A DNA stretch of 63,807 bases, the filler included, from Hausera hauseri (lineage: Eukaryota), in assembly GCA_046269625.1 (NCBI GenBank). It is 12 parts of 12 records of this genome, joined end to end, with 100 filler letters (N's around TTAATTAATTAA, not from the genome) between each part and the next. Parts side by side here need not be neighbours in the genome. Positions count along the whole stretch, not along the records: positions 44,441 to 50,565 come from JBJURY010137427.1; positions 50,666 to 54,934 come from JBJURY010665996.1; positions 55,035 to 59,751 come from JBJURY010463245.1; positions 59,852 to 63,807 come from JBJURY010860078.1; 8 more parts are not named here. One strand, 5' to 3'. The stretch's first letter is position 1; every line of letters starts with the position of its first letter. The position numbers were made by a program, and so were the translations under genes. The notes under the pieces were generated by a model that saw only the letters and a program-made list of their open reading frames with translations, was not told where the DNA came from and did not search any database. Below, piece after piece: positions 48,559 to 61,816 of this stretch.

Positions 48559-49164
48559 TCGTTGAAGTGATTTTGGAAATAATGAAATATAGTGCCATAT
48601 CACCATGTAGTGCCTCGCTTATTGATTGATTTTAATGCGTTTTTTAATGCATCGATTAAATTAAATACATGGTGGCGCCAATTTAAGGTTTTCGATCATG
48701 GAGAATCGAATGAAGTCATTAGATTCTTCGAATAATGCATGCTTTATCGAATATTCGAGTTCGAATAGCTAAGTATTCAACTTGTAAGCTCGAATTCGAA
48801 TACGTAACATCATATTCCTATTCAACATACATGACTTCCTATCACGCACAGCTTATAGATTTATTGACTTCCGCTTCAATGATCTTTAAATGCACATTTT
48901 GCTTAATTCGAAATATTGATTTTGTACCTATATAGTACATTTTCATGGAATGATTTTTATGTAGAAGGAAGTTTTTATATATGAGGAATCGATTGCCGTT
49001 GTTAAATTTTTCGTAAAGTTCGAAATTCGATATTCGAGCTCGAAAGTATTCGAATCTCCAATATTCGACTCGAGATTCGAGATCGCCGTAGTCGATTTCC
49101 TAGCTGTCCCCGATAATTATAATATCGAATTTTGCGGTTTCTCCCTCAGTTGCACTTTGGTTTG

Positions 49165-50028
49165 ATATTATTCGAAAACTAATGGATAAATTTAAATTCT
49201 AACTGCACAATCATATACTGTACTATGTTTGTGTTTGAATGCACCCGGTCGCATGTCCTAATCATCAATATTGGAAATATCGGAAATCCGATATTATTGA
49301 TTTTTGCACACTTGCATGTGTTTTTGCACTGCACGCCATATATCAAAGTGCATCTAGATGTGCTCTATCCACCTGCACTTGACCCCGATCAGTTCCATCA
49401 CTCCTACGCTGCACAAGTGCAAAAATGTGCAAAGTGAAAAGTGCCCTAGCAACCGTATCCAAGAGCACACCAATATCAAGTGCTGTACTGAACGATAGTA
49501 CATCAAGTACTGCACCCGCCACTATGTGCCATATTGATATTATTGATTTTCAATTTATAGCGAAAAGGCCTATGGAAAGTCTGTTCCAGTTGGCAATTAT
49601 TCGAAAACCAATCAATATATTTAAATTCTAACTACACATACACACAGTGCATCATGTGTGTTTTCGATTGCACCGGTACCGTGCCCCAATAATCAATAGT
49701 GGGAATATGGGAAAACCGATATTATTGATTTTTTCACACTTACACATGTACGGCACACCTTCACAGTGCACTAATCGATGCGCACTAATGTGCACTATCT
49801 ATTAACAATTTGTCCCGATCGATTCAATCAATACTGCATTGTGTAGCGATCAATTTGTAAAATGTGCAAAAATGTGCTTAGCAACGGTGCCTAGCGGCAC
49901 CGTCGACTAGCACTCTACCAATCGATAGTGCTACGTGTGCACTATCGATTAGCACATGTTCACTATCGATTTATCGACGCGCACACCCCCTCCCGGGGGT
50001 GGGACAGAATCCCCATTTTTTTCCATAC
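49165..50028 (+). repeat. Probable Maverick terminal region with an internal ~430-bp diverged direct duplication, ending in ...TACT
   Basis: tattcgaaaac...tttaaattctaact...ccgatattattgatttt at ~49169 and ~49598; terminal part homologous to 14962-15060. Confidence 0.6.
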
Positions 50029-50665
50029 TTATGTAAATGCCTGCACGTGAATAGAAAAAAGTCATTATTGGAATAAGTGATTTATTGCAAGAGACATATG
50101 AAGCAAACATTTGAGATTATATAAATAGTCATCGCAATGGGGGGACATACTTTTTACGAGCAATTGTGGTCTTAAACAGATTCTTGAAAATCTTGAAGTT
50201 CATTCTATTTGACAAACGAAGTTACAGAAGTGAACGTTCCCGAAATTACTAAACCTTCCCAAGGATACGGAATGTATTATAATAGATACCGTTTTAAAAG
50301 TTTACCATATGCAAAGAAATTAATAGCGAAAAACAACTTTGGAACCAAAAGGGAAATAGAAGTGAATGGTCAAAATACAAAGGCTCAAAGATGATAACAT
50401 TATTCGCATTCTCAGATTATTAAGCAAAGTGGGTGGTTCAATTCTTACGATGTGCAAAAGTAAACCTACTGAGTTCCAAACAGATAAATACATATCGCGA
50501 ATGATATAAAAGTTTTATTTTACAATGAAACAATATCGGAAGATGTTCTTGACAAAATGTCGCGGNNNNNNNNNNNNNNNNNNNNNNNNNNNNNNNNNNN
50601 NNNNNNNNNTTAATTAATTAANNNNNNNNNNNNNNNNNNNNNNNNNNNNNNNNNNNNNNNNNNNN

Positions 50666-50768
50666 GGACGGGGCCAAGAGGCCAAATCAAATTTTCTGAG
50701 GCCAAGCACGTTGAAAAAAGGCCAAATTTCCGGAATTTGGCCGCCAAGAGGCCAAGTTGGCAACCCTG
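50666..50768. mobile_element. End of an adjacent tandem copy of the hAT element
   Basis: Near-identical to 53405-53507 (one substitution seen); ends tggcaaccctg. Confidence 0.9.
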
Positions 50769-50776
50769 GTTAAACG

Positions 50777-53507
50777 CAGGGTTGCCAGATGAAAAAAATT
50801 GTTTTAGGCCAAACAGTACTAAAAATAGGCCAGAAAAAGGCCAAATGACACTGTAAAGAGGCCAAAAAAAAGGCCAAACCAATTTAAGTACATTTTTAAG
50901 TCTTTTAACATAAATTTAAAATCACATCATACTGCTGCACAAAAAACAAGCTATAACTCAAAAAAGGAAATTAAAATAGCATATTATTGCACACTGCAAT
51001 CACATAAACAGCTCCAGATCTTCGTCATCGTTTCCATCATGATCATTGCTGACGCTTAATCTTTGGCCATAAACTATATCAGATATGAAGTTCTGAAGCA
51101 TCTTGGGAGTAACAGTAAAGTCTTTACAGCACTTATTAGACAGTAACAAATCTGTCCTGATTCTAACAATAGCATCCAGAAGATAAATCTGCATTCTATT
51201 TCTTGCTTTAGTCTTCACTGATGATACCACTGAGAATATCCTCTCGACTACTGCGTTACTTACTGGTGTTACCAAACAGGTAAGGGCGAAGGAGGCAAGC
51301 TCTTTGAACATTTGGTGCTGAAGGACACCAATCCAAAACTGTTCACTGTCTTCTGGGAGACCTTGATCTTTAAAAGGAATTTCTTCCTTCCAGTTAACAA
51401 AAGCAATTTTTCTGTACTGTTCTTCTATAATAGATATATTGTTTTCAGTAAGATGCAGGAATGGCAGCTCAGAAAATATGGGCCTTGACACTTGGTTCAA
51501 AATGACCACAGGGCTCAATTTCGATAGACCTTGAAATGTGTCTCTTGCTGAAGGAATTCTTGCTGTAATTTGAGTGAAAGCTTCCTCCAACATAAGGAGA
51601 CATCTTTCTTTCACATAGTCTATCTCTTGTTGAGCCTGAGCAGTCTGGTTCTGAAGTAAATATTTACTACAGTCTGTTAGAAATTTGATGCCAAAATCAA
51701 CTTGACGAATGTTCTTTTTCTGCATATTAGCATCATATAGTCTGCTCTGTAGACTTCTGTGGTGCAAGAGTAATTCGTGATGCAACTGATTAGGATCAGC
51801 TTTTGTTTGCTGAAAAAGGCTGTTTAGTTTCTCAAATTCCTGCACAACAGGTGTTGCAAACTCGAAAAACAAATAATTTTTGTGATCAGACAGCATGTCT
51901 TTCAACACATGTGCTTTATATTTTATATTAAACTGTAATTGTCCAAGTTCAGCTGAAGTAAAATATGCCTTGAGCTCTTCCCAGTTCATCAAAATATTGA
52001 ACATCACTTTGCCACGGACAAGCCACCGAGTTGATGAAGGTTTTTCAAAAGGGAGTGGAGCCGCTCGAACCTGATCAAATTCTGATGTGTTGATAACTCT
52101 AAACAGTTCTTTGTATGCTTCTCGTCTTAATTCACTGTGGCGAAACCACTGAGGTATCTCTGACAGTAAGAATCCGATACTTGCTGGCAGTTTTGAAACT
52201 GCATGTTGAATACAGAGTGCCAATGAATGACAGATACATTTGAGCTGCACACAGAAGGGAGATATATCTTTCATCCGCGACCACACTGAATTGTTGCAGC
52301 CTATCATGTTTGATGCACCATCGGACGCAAAGCCAATACAGTTATTAAGACTCTGGCCACATTTCCTGATTTCATCATCGATCAGATTGAATATGTTTTC
52401 GCCCGTACATTGCTGAACTGGAATTAAACCCAGAAATCCAGTAAAAATTTGCATTCTTTTATCACTGAAAAAGCGGACTAAAATACACAAATACTTTTGT
52501 GTCGAAATATCAGTTGATTCATCAACAATAATTGTGTACTTCTTGTTTTGAAAGTCTTCAATCAGGTCATCTTTCAGAGAAGGCGATATGACGTTTTTTA
52601 TCAAGCATACACATTTAGTTCTGTGTAATTTTATGTGTTCAAGTGTGCTTCCCTGTCCATGTGCTTTGATTAATTCACCAAAATGATCAACAGCACGCAC
52701 TGCACAATGACATGCCATAGACACTGCAATCTGTAGCTCTGCCACTTTAACGTTATCATCAATTTGAATTTGTTTGGATGACTTTACAGCGTTAATTTGA
52801 GTTTGACCTTTGGATACAGTTCTCTGTCTATGTTTATCTGACTTTTCGTGCTTTGCAAGATTACACAATTTTGGTGCAATATTGCTATGACAAACTTTGC
52901 AGTAAGCCTCTTCTGATCCGTCGGAGGCCTTTTTGACCCACAAAAAGGTTTTTTCCCAGTTAGTATTGTATTTACGACACTTGTCATAAGAAGATCTCCA
53001 CTTTCCTGACGACATTGTCGGGTTCAAAAGATTTGTTAATAAAATTAATAAATTAATTTATAAAGTCAACAAGTGTCACTCACAGTTATATTAATTAATA
53101 ATACAACTCGCTTTTGATCTAGTTATAATTCACATTAAAACAATGGCTGCTTGAAGCAAGTAGATTCAAACTGATTGCCTTGCTGCGTAACAATTTTGAA
53201 AGTTTGAAAAGACGGATGCACGATGTATGCCAGGAAATTCGGTCAGTCAGACAGGAAGGATGCCTGGATGTGCCTGATTTTGTTGGGTAGAGTGACCAAA
53301 ATCCAATTTACTTGAAATATTTATCTTAATTTCTTGAAAATAAATTTTAGAATGAAAAAGCCAAAACATGGCCAAAAAGGCCAAACAAGATGCAAAAAAG
53401 GCCAGGACGGGGCCAAGAGGCCAAATCAAATTTTCTGAGGCCAAGCACGTTGAAAAAAGGCCAAATTTCCGGAATTTGGCCACCAAGAGGCCAAGTTGGC
53501 AACCCTG
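50777..53507 (-). mobile_element. Complete hAT transposon
   Basis: 11-bp TIRs cagggttgcca / tggcaaccctg; many subterminal ggccaa motifs at both ends. Confidence 0.92.
51000..53015 (-). CDS. hAT transposase (intact, intronless, ~671 aa from ATG)
   Basis: Zn finger AYCKVC...HEKSDKH; VDESTD; ASDGAS; CICHSLAL; STRWL; VSNAVVERIFS dimerisation motif. Confidence 0.95.
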   Translation of the reverse strand: MSSGKWRSSYDKCRKYNTNWEKTFLWVKKASDGSEEAYCKVCHSNIAPKLCNLAKHEKSDKHRQRTVSKGQTQINAVKSSKQIQIDDNVKVAELQIAVSMACHCAVRAVDHFGELIKAHGQGSTLEHIKLHRTKCVCLIKNVISPSLKDDLIEDFQNKKYTIIVDESTDISTQKYLCILVRFFSDKRMQIFTGFLGLIPVQQCTGENIFNLIDDEIRKCGQSLNNCIGFASDGASNMIGCNNSVWSRMKDISPFCVQLKCICHSLALCIQHAVSKLPASIGFLLSEIPQWFRHSELRREAYKELFRVINTSEFDQVRAAPLPFEKPSSTRWLVRGKVMFNILMNWEELKAYFTSAELGQLQFNIKYKAHVLKDMLSDHKNYLFFEFATPVVQEFEKLNSLFQQTKADPNQLHHELLLHHRSLQSRLYDANMQKKNIRQVDFGIKFLTDCSKYLLQNQTAQAQQEIDYVKERCLLMLEEAFTQITARIPSARDTFQGLSKLSPVVILNQVSRPIFSELPFLHLTENNISIIEEQYRKIAFVNWKEEIPFKDQGLPEDSEQFWIGVLQHQMFKELASFALTCLVTPVSNAVVERIFSVVSSVKTKARNRMQIYLLDAIVRIRTDLLLSNKCCKDFTVTPKMLQNFISDIVYGQRLSVSNDHDGNDDEDLELFM

Positions 53508-53694
53508 CCTGTAACCTCGCAGGATCTGTTAGCAATCAGCACTTGTTCCTTAGGCAGCTGGTAGCTGACTGCGCTAATTTGCTGCTCGGATACATTTATG
53601 TGTCAAAACTCTCACCCATTATCACTAGGACTTAACTCATGGACACAGCGAGTAGTTCACCTGGGGCATCACTATTCTACGGGGTTTATTTTAG

Positions 53695-53900
53695 GGGCTC
53701 CGTGATCTCGCGATAAGGCGTCCCCCTCGGGTACTGAAGGTACAGCGTTCGAACCCCACTGGACGCAGCTGGAATGTTTTTTTCTCCTGAATCCCCTAGT
53801 AATAAATTCCACAGATCTATGGGTGGTGAGATCGGAATAACGTTTGCATTGTCGTACACGCTAAACATCCTTGGTAGATGAGAATTGAAGAAGAATAAAC
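53695..53900 (+). mobile_element. Probable tRNA-derived SINE (decayed)
   Basis: tRNA-like head with degenerate A box (tgatctcgcga) and B box gttcgaacc, followed by a body and a gaagaagaa tail. Confidence 0.45.
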
Positions 53901-55034
53901 TTAGCGGTGGCAGTGCGATGAAAAGAACAAGAAAAATATATATCTATAATCCACCCAATGCGGGGAGGGGTTACTCCCTGGAGGCAGTGGAGTTCGTCCA
54001 CTGAGATGAGATCCTCAAGAATGAAACAGACCTGAATACTTACGAACATAAAGTGCTCAAAAGATGACAGACCTGAAGTAAGATAATTCTGTTGAAATTT
54101 TTATTTCGATGAATGAGCTTATCGTGCTACAAGTGAATTGCTTTGCACGGCGACACCAATGCTATTGCGGCGATCATGGCTATTATAGAATTTCGGCAGC
54201 GCAACAGTTTTACGGACAGCAGGTTGTTACCTAATTCTCGTAATTGCGAAGAAATCGGGGCACCATAAAACCCTAACGCCAATTTTACCCCGATGATAGC
54301 TTTAACGAACGAAAAGTCAAACTGTAGAAAACCAAGCCGTATGTAACAAAAAGTGCTTTCAAATGACGACACAAATTGTGTTGAGTTATGAACGCACTGT
54401 TATCATTTTAAAAAACCGGATATCGGTTTCACGCGACTTTAAACACGACATCCAGAACGTAACTGTAGCATCCTGTATCGCTTCAGTTTCCATGACAACA
54501 ATTAAAGCGGCGGTTAAATAATTATGCACGTGTGACAGGCGTGACAAGAGACTTAACACTTCCGGAGCACTTTGGTAAACAGCCTGGCAATTGTAGCAAT
54601 GTAAACAAATGGTTTTTGTTTCCTTTTCAGACTTTCAACATCGCTCCGCAACACTTCATGGAGCTTCGAACTTCTCATGTGCTTTTAGTAGTAATAACTA
54701 ATAAAATCATTATGACAATCAATAATTCAATCAATATTCAATGAACATTATAAACTTCATTTGCTTAACTTTAAAATAGAACATACACCAGTCAGATATT
54801 TCTACAAAACATTTATTTAACTTTCATACGAGCTCTTTCTTTCACTGTCAATGGCTTTCTTCGCATTATAATAAATAGACCCTGACCAAGACACGCATTT
54901 ATTTCACATTTGGAAAATGTGGCTGTTTGTCCGTNNNNNNNNNNNNNNNNNNNNNNNNNNNNNNNNNNNNNNNNNNNNTTAATTAATTAANNNNNNNNNN
55001 NNNNNNNNNNNNNNNNNNNNNNNNNNNNNNNNNN

Positions 55035-56340
55035 AAGGCGTAAGAATACAGAAGGAGTACACAACTAGAAAATGACACTACAGGAGCTGCTTCGAAAGCA
55101 CAATATCGATATTAGCTGTGTCTATGAAACTCGTCTTCAGGAATTTCAGATAATTTTCATAGAATTGTATAAATCCTATAGAACGTACAGGGGGAAAACA
55201 CAAAGGAAACATAATCACCCTTGTCAAAACAACAATTCCATCATTAGCAACCAGAAAATCATAATAGAAACAATGGCAAAAACAAAAAGTATGGAGACGG
55301 AGATTCAACTACCCCTGTCCACATTCTTTCTTCAGACTACAACAGCCCTTCTCGCGGCACATTCAGGCGAGCTGAGGATCTGTGATGTGGAGATCAATCA
55401 ATAATAATACTATAACAGTAAAAGAATTTCTAACAAAACGGAAACTACTGAAATCACAAAATGCTCCAGCTCTTTAACCCCCGTCATCGAAAAAGATAAA
55501 ATAAGACCCCTGGTTCCGAACTACCTTAATGTAGGCGATTTCAGTGGGCATTCACTGAAATATGAAGTAATGGATCAGAAAAACAAGGAGATTAAGTCTT
55601 TGGTGATTGGAAACAAACTCTCCTTTAGAAACGAACTGATTAGCCATTTCACTTCTCAAGAGAATGCGGCCTAGCAATGCAACGGGTGATATCTCTCTGG
55701 ACTAAGTAACAGAATACAGGAAACTACAAGGAAGTGACCACGTACCTGTTACTCTGAGGATAGATAAGACATAGCATAGAGCTTACAGTACATTGCCCCC
55801 AAGATGTAACTTTAAAAAGACAAACTGGGACATTTTTAATTAGACACTGACCAGTTATGTCAAGTATTCTCCAGAGAAGCAATATAAAAGACAATGTTGT
55901 GAATCCAACACAATCATCTTGTAGGCTGCAGCAATGTTAATTCGTACAAAATGGCAAAATTACACATTTTTGGAGGAAAACACTTGAGAAATTCCATCAT
56001 GCGTTAAACAAAGTCAGGAGATAACTGGCATAGGCTCCAGCAAATGGAAGAATAACAAATATAAACGAGATATTCAACAAACACAGGAAGACTGAATTAC
56101 GACGAAATTGGCATGAAAAAAAACCAACAAACTAAACGTGGACAGAACACTAAGAAACCGTGGAAATCGACAACAATCCAAAATGAAACAGGAACCTCGG
56201 TTACAGAACAGTTTCTGAAGGATACTTGCAGGTTTATACAAACTGGATAATATAACCACACAACTAAAAACAGAATGCCGAAGTAAGAAGCCACGTACAA
56301 GAAAAACTGAATAAAAAGGAATAAAAACACAAATAAACTC
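55035..56340 (+). pseudogene. Decayed non-LTR retrotransposon ORF2, AP-endonuclease region (I/Nimb-like)
   Basis: LQELLRKHNIDISCVYETRL, VGDFSGHS, GSDHVPV, PRCNFKKTNW. Confidence 0.7.
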
Positions 56341-56760
56341 ATGACGTCATCATCATCTGCAGCCATTCTGTACCGCGTAGGTTCTCACGGATCTCCATTT
56401 CTCGCGACTCTTGGTGTCCTTAGTCATATCTGCCGTTAACTGTCGTCCGAGCCAATGATGTAAACCATACAGGAACTTAATCCTCTGTCATCCATTACTT
56501 CAATTTTCTGGTATTTTGCTTGTGGTGACCTTCTCTTCTGAAAACACGGTCATTCATAAATGCTAGTCTCTTTCTGATCTTACTGATTAGCATTCTTTCT
56601 GCATTTAGCGTAAAACATCCTTTTTTGCTCTCCTTGTTATCCATGGGATTTTCGAAATTCTTCTGGGAAATCAAATCCTTGCTTTCAAAGAATTTCCCAA
56701 TCTATTTCTACTCTAGTCGTAGCCATACGGTATCATGGGTTTTGTATAATAGAGCAGAAC
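56340..56760 (-). mobile_element. Decayed RTE-type LINE 3' end
   Basis: Minus strand RRISKIPWITRRAKKDVL...LISKIRKR; (GAT)n tail at ~56348-56358. Confidence 0.55.
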
Positions 56761-57799
56761 TCACCTTTTAATTGTAACACGATATATGCCTCACGAAATA
56801 TGTTTTTCATTGTTTTCATTGTGATTTTTTTTGCCAGTGTAATAATTATCCTGTTAGTTTATAGTCACTTCTTCCATCAGGCTGTTCAATATATTTTCTG
56901 CACTCGCTTTCTGGTGTCTTTCGTAGTCCTTGTAGTGGGCACTGGTTGTTTTTTTTCTTTTTAAAGACCATCTATCATAATTATTTTTTTAAAATGGAGA
57001 TGAAATAGGTTTTTATTTAAGCTCTCATTGTACCGACAACACAGGTCCTGTGTTAAAACACAAACCTGGCGAATACGTTGATTTAGGTTGGATTGGACGT
57101 ATTTGTACTGTTGCTTTTTGTTACCATAATAAGTTTTTCTTTTTAATCAATTATACTTTCGTCTAATTTTGAATATTTCTTTCAAAAATCCATCGCAATC
57201 TCACTCAGTTTGTGAATTCTATTAAAAAAAGAGTTTTCAATTATAATTATAATGTAACATCAAATCATTAAAGGACACTTCAACACATTGCATCCTGGAA
57301 AACGAAGAAATTCAGGCCGACTTTGGGAGAATCAAACATTGATCACAGAAAATGTCAAACCTTGTCTACAAGTCTTGGTAATGTGTAAGACAAGTAATCA
57401 TCTATTTGACTCACTCTCATGTGCCGTGTGCAACATTTGTTTACTCGTCCCAAGGGGTGCTATGAAATAAGCCTGGTGGACAGTTATTGAATATAAAGCA
57501 TATTCAGATTGTGAAAACACAAACTTCCAGAAGCTGGACTAAATCCAAAACACAGCCCTGTGAATAATAAAAAGAGACCTAAACATGGAATACAAAAGTA
57601 TGAAAGAATACAGAAAGGAAAAAATTAAACTATTGGAATGGATAAGAAAACAACTAAAGTCTATAAAAAGCCCAGACTTCACCCACCTGTCAAAAGCAAG
57701 TTGGTGGTAAAACCCAGAAGAATGAAACATGTTCAGAACAGTTTACCACAATGCTGTCTTAAGTTGTGAACAAAAAAAAAAGATAATGAAAATTAGATT

Positions 57800-58840
57800 T
57801 GAATATAAAAGTTGCTGACATGTAAATTGGCAGATATAAAAAAAGAGTTGCCGACATAAAAAGTCGATGTCATGCAAAATTGCCAAATTGAAAAGTACCC
57901 AACATGAAAAACTGCCGACATGAACAGTTTTCAACATGAAAAGTTGTTGATACGGAAAGTTGAAAATTTGAAATGTTGTCGCCATGAAACATTGCCAACA
58001 TGAAAATTAGCCGAAATGAAACGTTGCCAAAAAGAAAAGTTGCCAATGAAAATTGGATAATATGAAATGTTGTCGACATGAAATGGTGCCAAAATGAAAT
58101 GTTGTCGACATGAACAGTTCGAAGCTCCAAAAAATACAGATGCAGAAAGTAGTTGATAATGAAAATTACCGACATGAAAAGTTGTCGACATGAAAAATTG
58201 CAAACATAAAAAGTTGATATCATGAAATATTGCCATTTTGAAACACTTTTTTCATAAAAAATTTACATGAAAAGTTGTCGACATGAAAGGTGGCCCATAT
58301 AAAAAATGACCGACATGATAAATGGTCGATATCTAAAGTTGTCGACATGAAACGTTACTGACAGAGAAAATGGTCAAAATAAAAAGTTGTCGAAATGAAA
58401 TATTGCTGATCTGATAAGTTTTCGACATGAAGAAAAGCTGACTAACATGAACAGTTGTCGACCTGAAAAAAAATGACCGACATTAAAAGTTGTCAACATG
58501 AAAAACAATACTCCACATGAAAAAATGGAAAACATGAAAGGAAAATGCTGACATGAAAAGTTATCGACATGAAAAACAAAGCTGACATAAAAAAAATTGC
58601 CGAAATAAAAAATAGCTGTCATGAAAATGTATCGATATGAAAGAAAATGTCCGAAATGACAAAAAACTGGCCGTCATGACTAATGGCTGACATGAAGAGT
58701 TATCGACGTGGAAAAAAATGGCCATCATAAAAAATGGCCGACATGACATACGCAAATGTTCGACAAGAAGTTATCGACGTGGAAAAAAAATAGCCATCAT
58801 GACAAAAAATGGCCTACAAGACCAAAAAAAAAACAGCCAA
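57800..58840 (+). repeat. Degenerate minisatellite, ~16-17-nt unit (consensus aaaagttgtcgacatga)
   Basis: Dozens of variant copies of gtcgacatgaaa / gccgacatgaaa over ~1 kb. Confidence 0.85.
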
Positions 58841-59851
58841 CAATTTGACACTAATTATTAGTTTATTGAGTTTTTGAATTACAGAAAAGTATTTATTTTA
58901 TTATTATTTTCAGTTAATATGCGTGTTAAACCCTAACACAAGCAATGTCATGTCTTTATTTATTCATGAAGGTGTTTACTGTTATGTTAAATAGTATTAT
59001 TGACATCTCTTCTTGTTATTTATTTTGTGATATAATTATTTAATTTCAGAACCGAATGCGGCTCCAGTTGAAGGTTGGTCAAACCATTTAGTTAAAATAT
59101 TACATTTGTTTCTGAAAGAAATTATAACAAGCGAAATTGGCACACACAATATTTACCACAAGCAGATGAGAGGTCTAAAATACATCATCAACTAATCCCC
59201 AATCCCATGATCAACCCCTAAAATGAAACTTGTCTTTGTCATAACGTTATTTTCGTGGCTCAGGACAAACACACCATTAGCCTTAACTCACTGCACCAGT
59301 TCAAACCTTTTTTGCCAGCTCCTTTTGGGTTATCATTAAGGATTATCAGTATTGATCCTTCTTGATAATGATTTATTTATTAATTTGATTTATTAATATA
59401 TTTTATTGCCATTATCGTCATTGTCATTTATATCATTTTCTACAAAGTAACTGGTATTAATGTGTACTCATGGAAGCGGCTGAAAGTAGTCTGACAGTCT
59501 AATGTAAAACGAACATGTGTGTCCAGTTCTAAACCCTTTAAACTAAAGTTTCTTTATTTTGTGTGTGTTTATTTATGTCATTTGCATTTAGTTAAAGAAT
59601 TTACTATTATTGCTACATTTCTTTAAAAATCATTTTTAATAAATTAATATCACAAAAACATTCTCAAACTCAGAAACGCAAACTGAACATTAAGTGAACA
59701 TATATGCGTTATGTCTGTAAGCTGAATACATCGTATTGAATCTGGCATGATNNNNNNNNNNNNNNNNNNNNNNNNNNNNNNNNNNNNNNNNNNNNTTAAT
59801 TAATTAANNNNNNNNNNNNNNNNNNNNNNNNNNNNNNNNNNNNNNNNNNNN

Positions 59852-61621
59852 CCGATACATCATACCTTTGTTCCTCTTCATCTTTGTGTCTCCAACTTAA
59901 TTCCATTCCAAAATTCTTTTATAGTTCCATTCCTCCTATTATTTCTGGTAATATGTCTTTTATTACTATAAAAGTTACGCACTTCTGTACTCCCTTGAGT
60001 TCCACATTTACGGATGGTTCACTCATGCAGTCTATAGGGCTACCATTTGCACAACGGAGTAAGATATCTGATTTCTCCAGCCGGATTTCTGTCAATCTTT
60101 CAAAAATCTTCCTATTCATCACGTTCACCGGTGCCCCTGTGTCCAATAGGCAATCTTCCCATCTACCTTATATCGTTATTTTTATACCTGGCCGTCCTTG
60201 TTGTTTATCGTACGTGGTCCTCTTTTCCATTCCTTTGAATATTTTGGGATCCTTTGGAGTTGTTTAATATAATGACCCGACTGGATGCACTTCTGTCGAA
60301 GCTCTGCCTTTTGGGGTTTTCGACTCTGTGATTGATTCTTCATAGTGTTCATAAATGTTTGCAGCGTATGCTTGCCTGCTGTTCAACCCTTTTCAATATT
60401 ATTTTTGATCATACTCCGCCCTTTTGTAGTTGTCGATAGACGTATTTTGACCTCTTCTGCTCTTGCCCAATTTTGTATAGCAAGCTTCTTCTCTGTGTCA
60501 TCTGTTGTGACATATATTGCATTTTATGTTTATTTAATTTTGTCTTACGTGTCCTTCCTGTTAATGTGTCCTTCTTTCCCGCAACCAAAGCATCGTGCTA
60601 CATGTTGGAGTTTGCATGTCCTGCTTGTATGCCCGTCTTTCTTGCACGACCTGTATTTCATTATACTCTTTGCCTGCGTATTGTGCACTTTGAAATCCCT
60701 TCTTTCCTGTCTTGGCTTGTCAGATTTGTAAAGCATCACATCCCGGTAACTCCGTCGACCCTCCATAGTGTGTTCCCTGATTGCGATCATCTCTCCCGTA
60801 ATTCTTGCCACTTCGTAGACTTTCTTGTTTTCTCTTTGATTTGTTCTACATTTTTTCGTCATCTCCGGATTGTCGCAACAGTGGATGATCAATTCTTCTG
60901 TTACAGTTTCCGGTGTTATTTTGTGGCCAAAGATTCCTTTCACCAGCTGTTCGATTTTGCTGAAGAATGCTGCCGGTTCTGCTCTCCTCATTCTGTAGAC
61001 CAGTGTCTCCCGCAGATCTCTGCACAGCGTTCTGGGTTTTGCGAAGTCTTTTCTCAACCGGTTTTGGTACTATTTCACCTTCTAGCTCACCAGATTGTAT
61101 TTTTCCTGTGCTTCTTCCGCTAAAAGGCACAAGGTCGCGGTTTCCCCGTCCATATCCGAAATCTTTATGAAGTCGAAGTATCTCTCGCATTTTCCAATAA
61201 AGGTTTCCACTTTGTCACCTTCCCGGAATGCTTTGGGCATCAATTTCTTCTAAAAGAAGTTGCTTGAAGCGTTGTTCGCCATGTTAGGAGACCGCGTCTG
61301 TACCATCCCGACCTCAACATCACTAGAAGATTGTACAATAGAATTATCCATAAGAGATTTATTATAAAAGTTTATATAACAATTATCTCCTTGACTCGAA
61401 AAATGAGTCTTATTCTACTTTTTTCTGAATTTCTTGACTTTCTGTTGCCTGCCTCAATTCCTCCTCACACGAGAACCCTGCGTATAAGAAAATCCGAATT
61501 TTAATAGTTACATAGTTTCCACTTATCAACGTTCAAGTCAAATGTGTAACTTGTTATTCGTTATAAACTATATAATTGACTAAATATTTATTGCCTTTGT
61601 TTTTATACAGGTATTGCTACA
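59852..61621 (-). mobile_element. Gypsy LTR retrotransposon 5' part: putative LTR (61332-61621), gag with two CCHC knuckles, aspartic protease
   Basis: LMPKAFREGD; YRSCKKDGHTSRTC and CFGCGKEGH; LLDTGAPVNVM...CANGSPI; candidate LTR bounded by TG...CA and containing AATAAA. Confidence 0.8.
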
Positions 61622-61816
61622 TTTGACCATTGCACCAAATTGATAATTTACTGGTTATATACTGTGTCCCTTAATATGTTACATTGAGAAAATATTTATA
61701 GCTTTGAATGTAAAACATATTACGGAACATTGATTACATATACAATGCGTTATCTTCGATTCCAATTAAAATAAAAAATTTTCAACTTCAAAACCAATTT
61801 ATGAATTAAAACAACA

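Noticed and set aside
53247-53635. ORFs over the hAT end (also 50610-50882)
   Set aside because: They arise from ggccaa subterminal repeats, not real coding sequence
53695-53770. Functional tRNA gene
   Set aside because: The A box is degenerate, no clean cloverleaf could be built, and it is followed by a SINE-like body
57743-58755. Phe-rich minus-strand ORFs as membrane proteins
   Set aside because: They are translations of the A-rich minisatellite
57800-58840. CRISPR-like array
   Set aside because: Units are contiguous and degenerate with no unique spacers, there are no cas genes, and the context is eukaryotic
60473-61123. 216-aa Cys/Phe-rich plus-strand ORF
   Set aside because: Antisense shadow of the Gypsy gag
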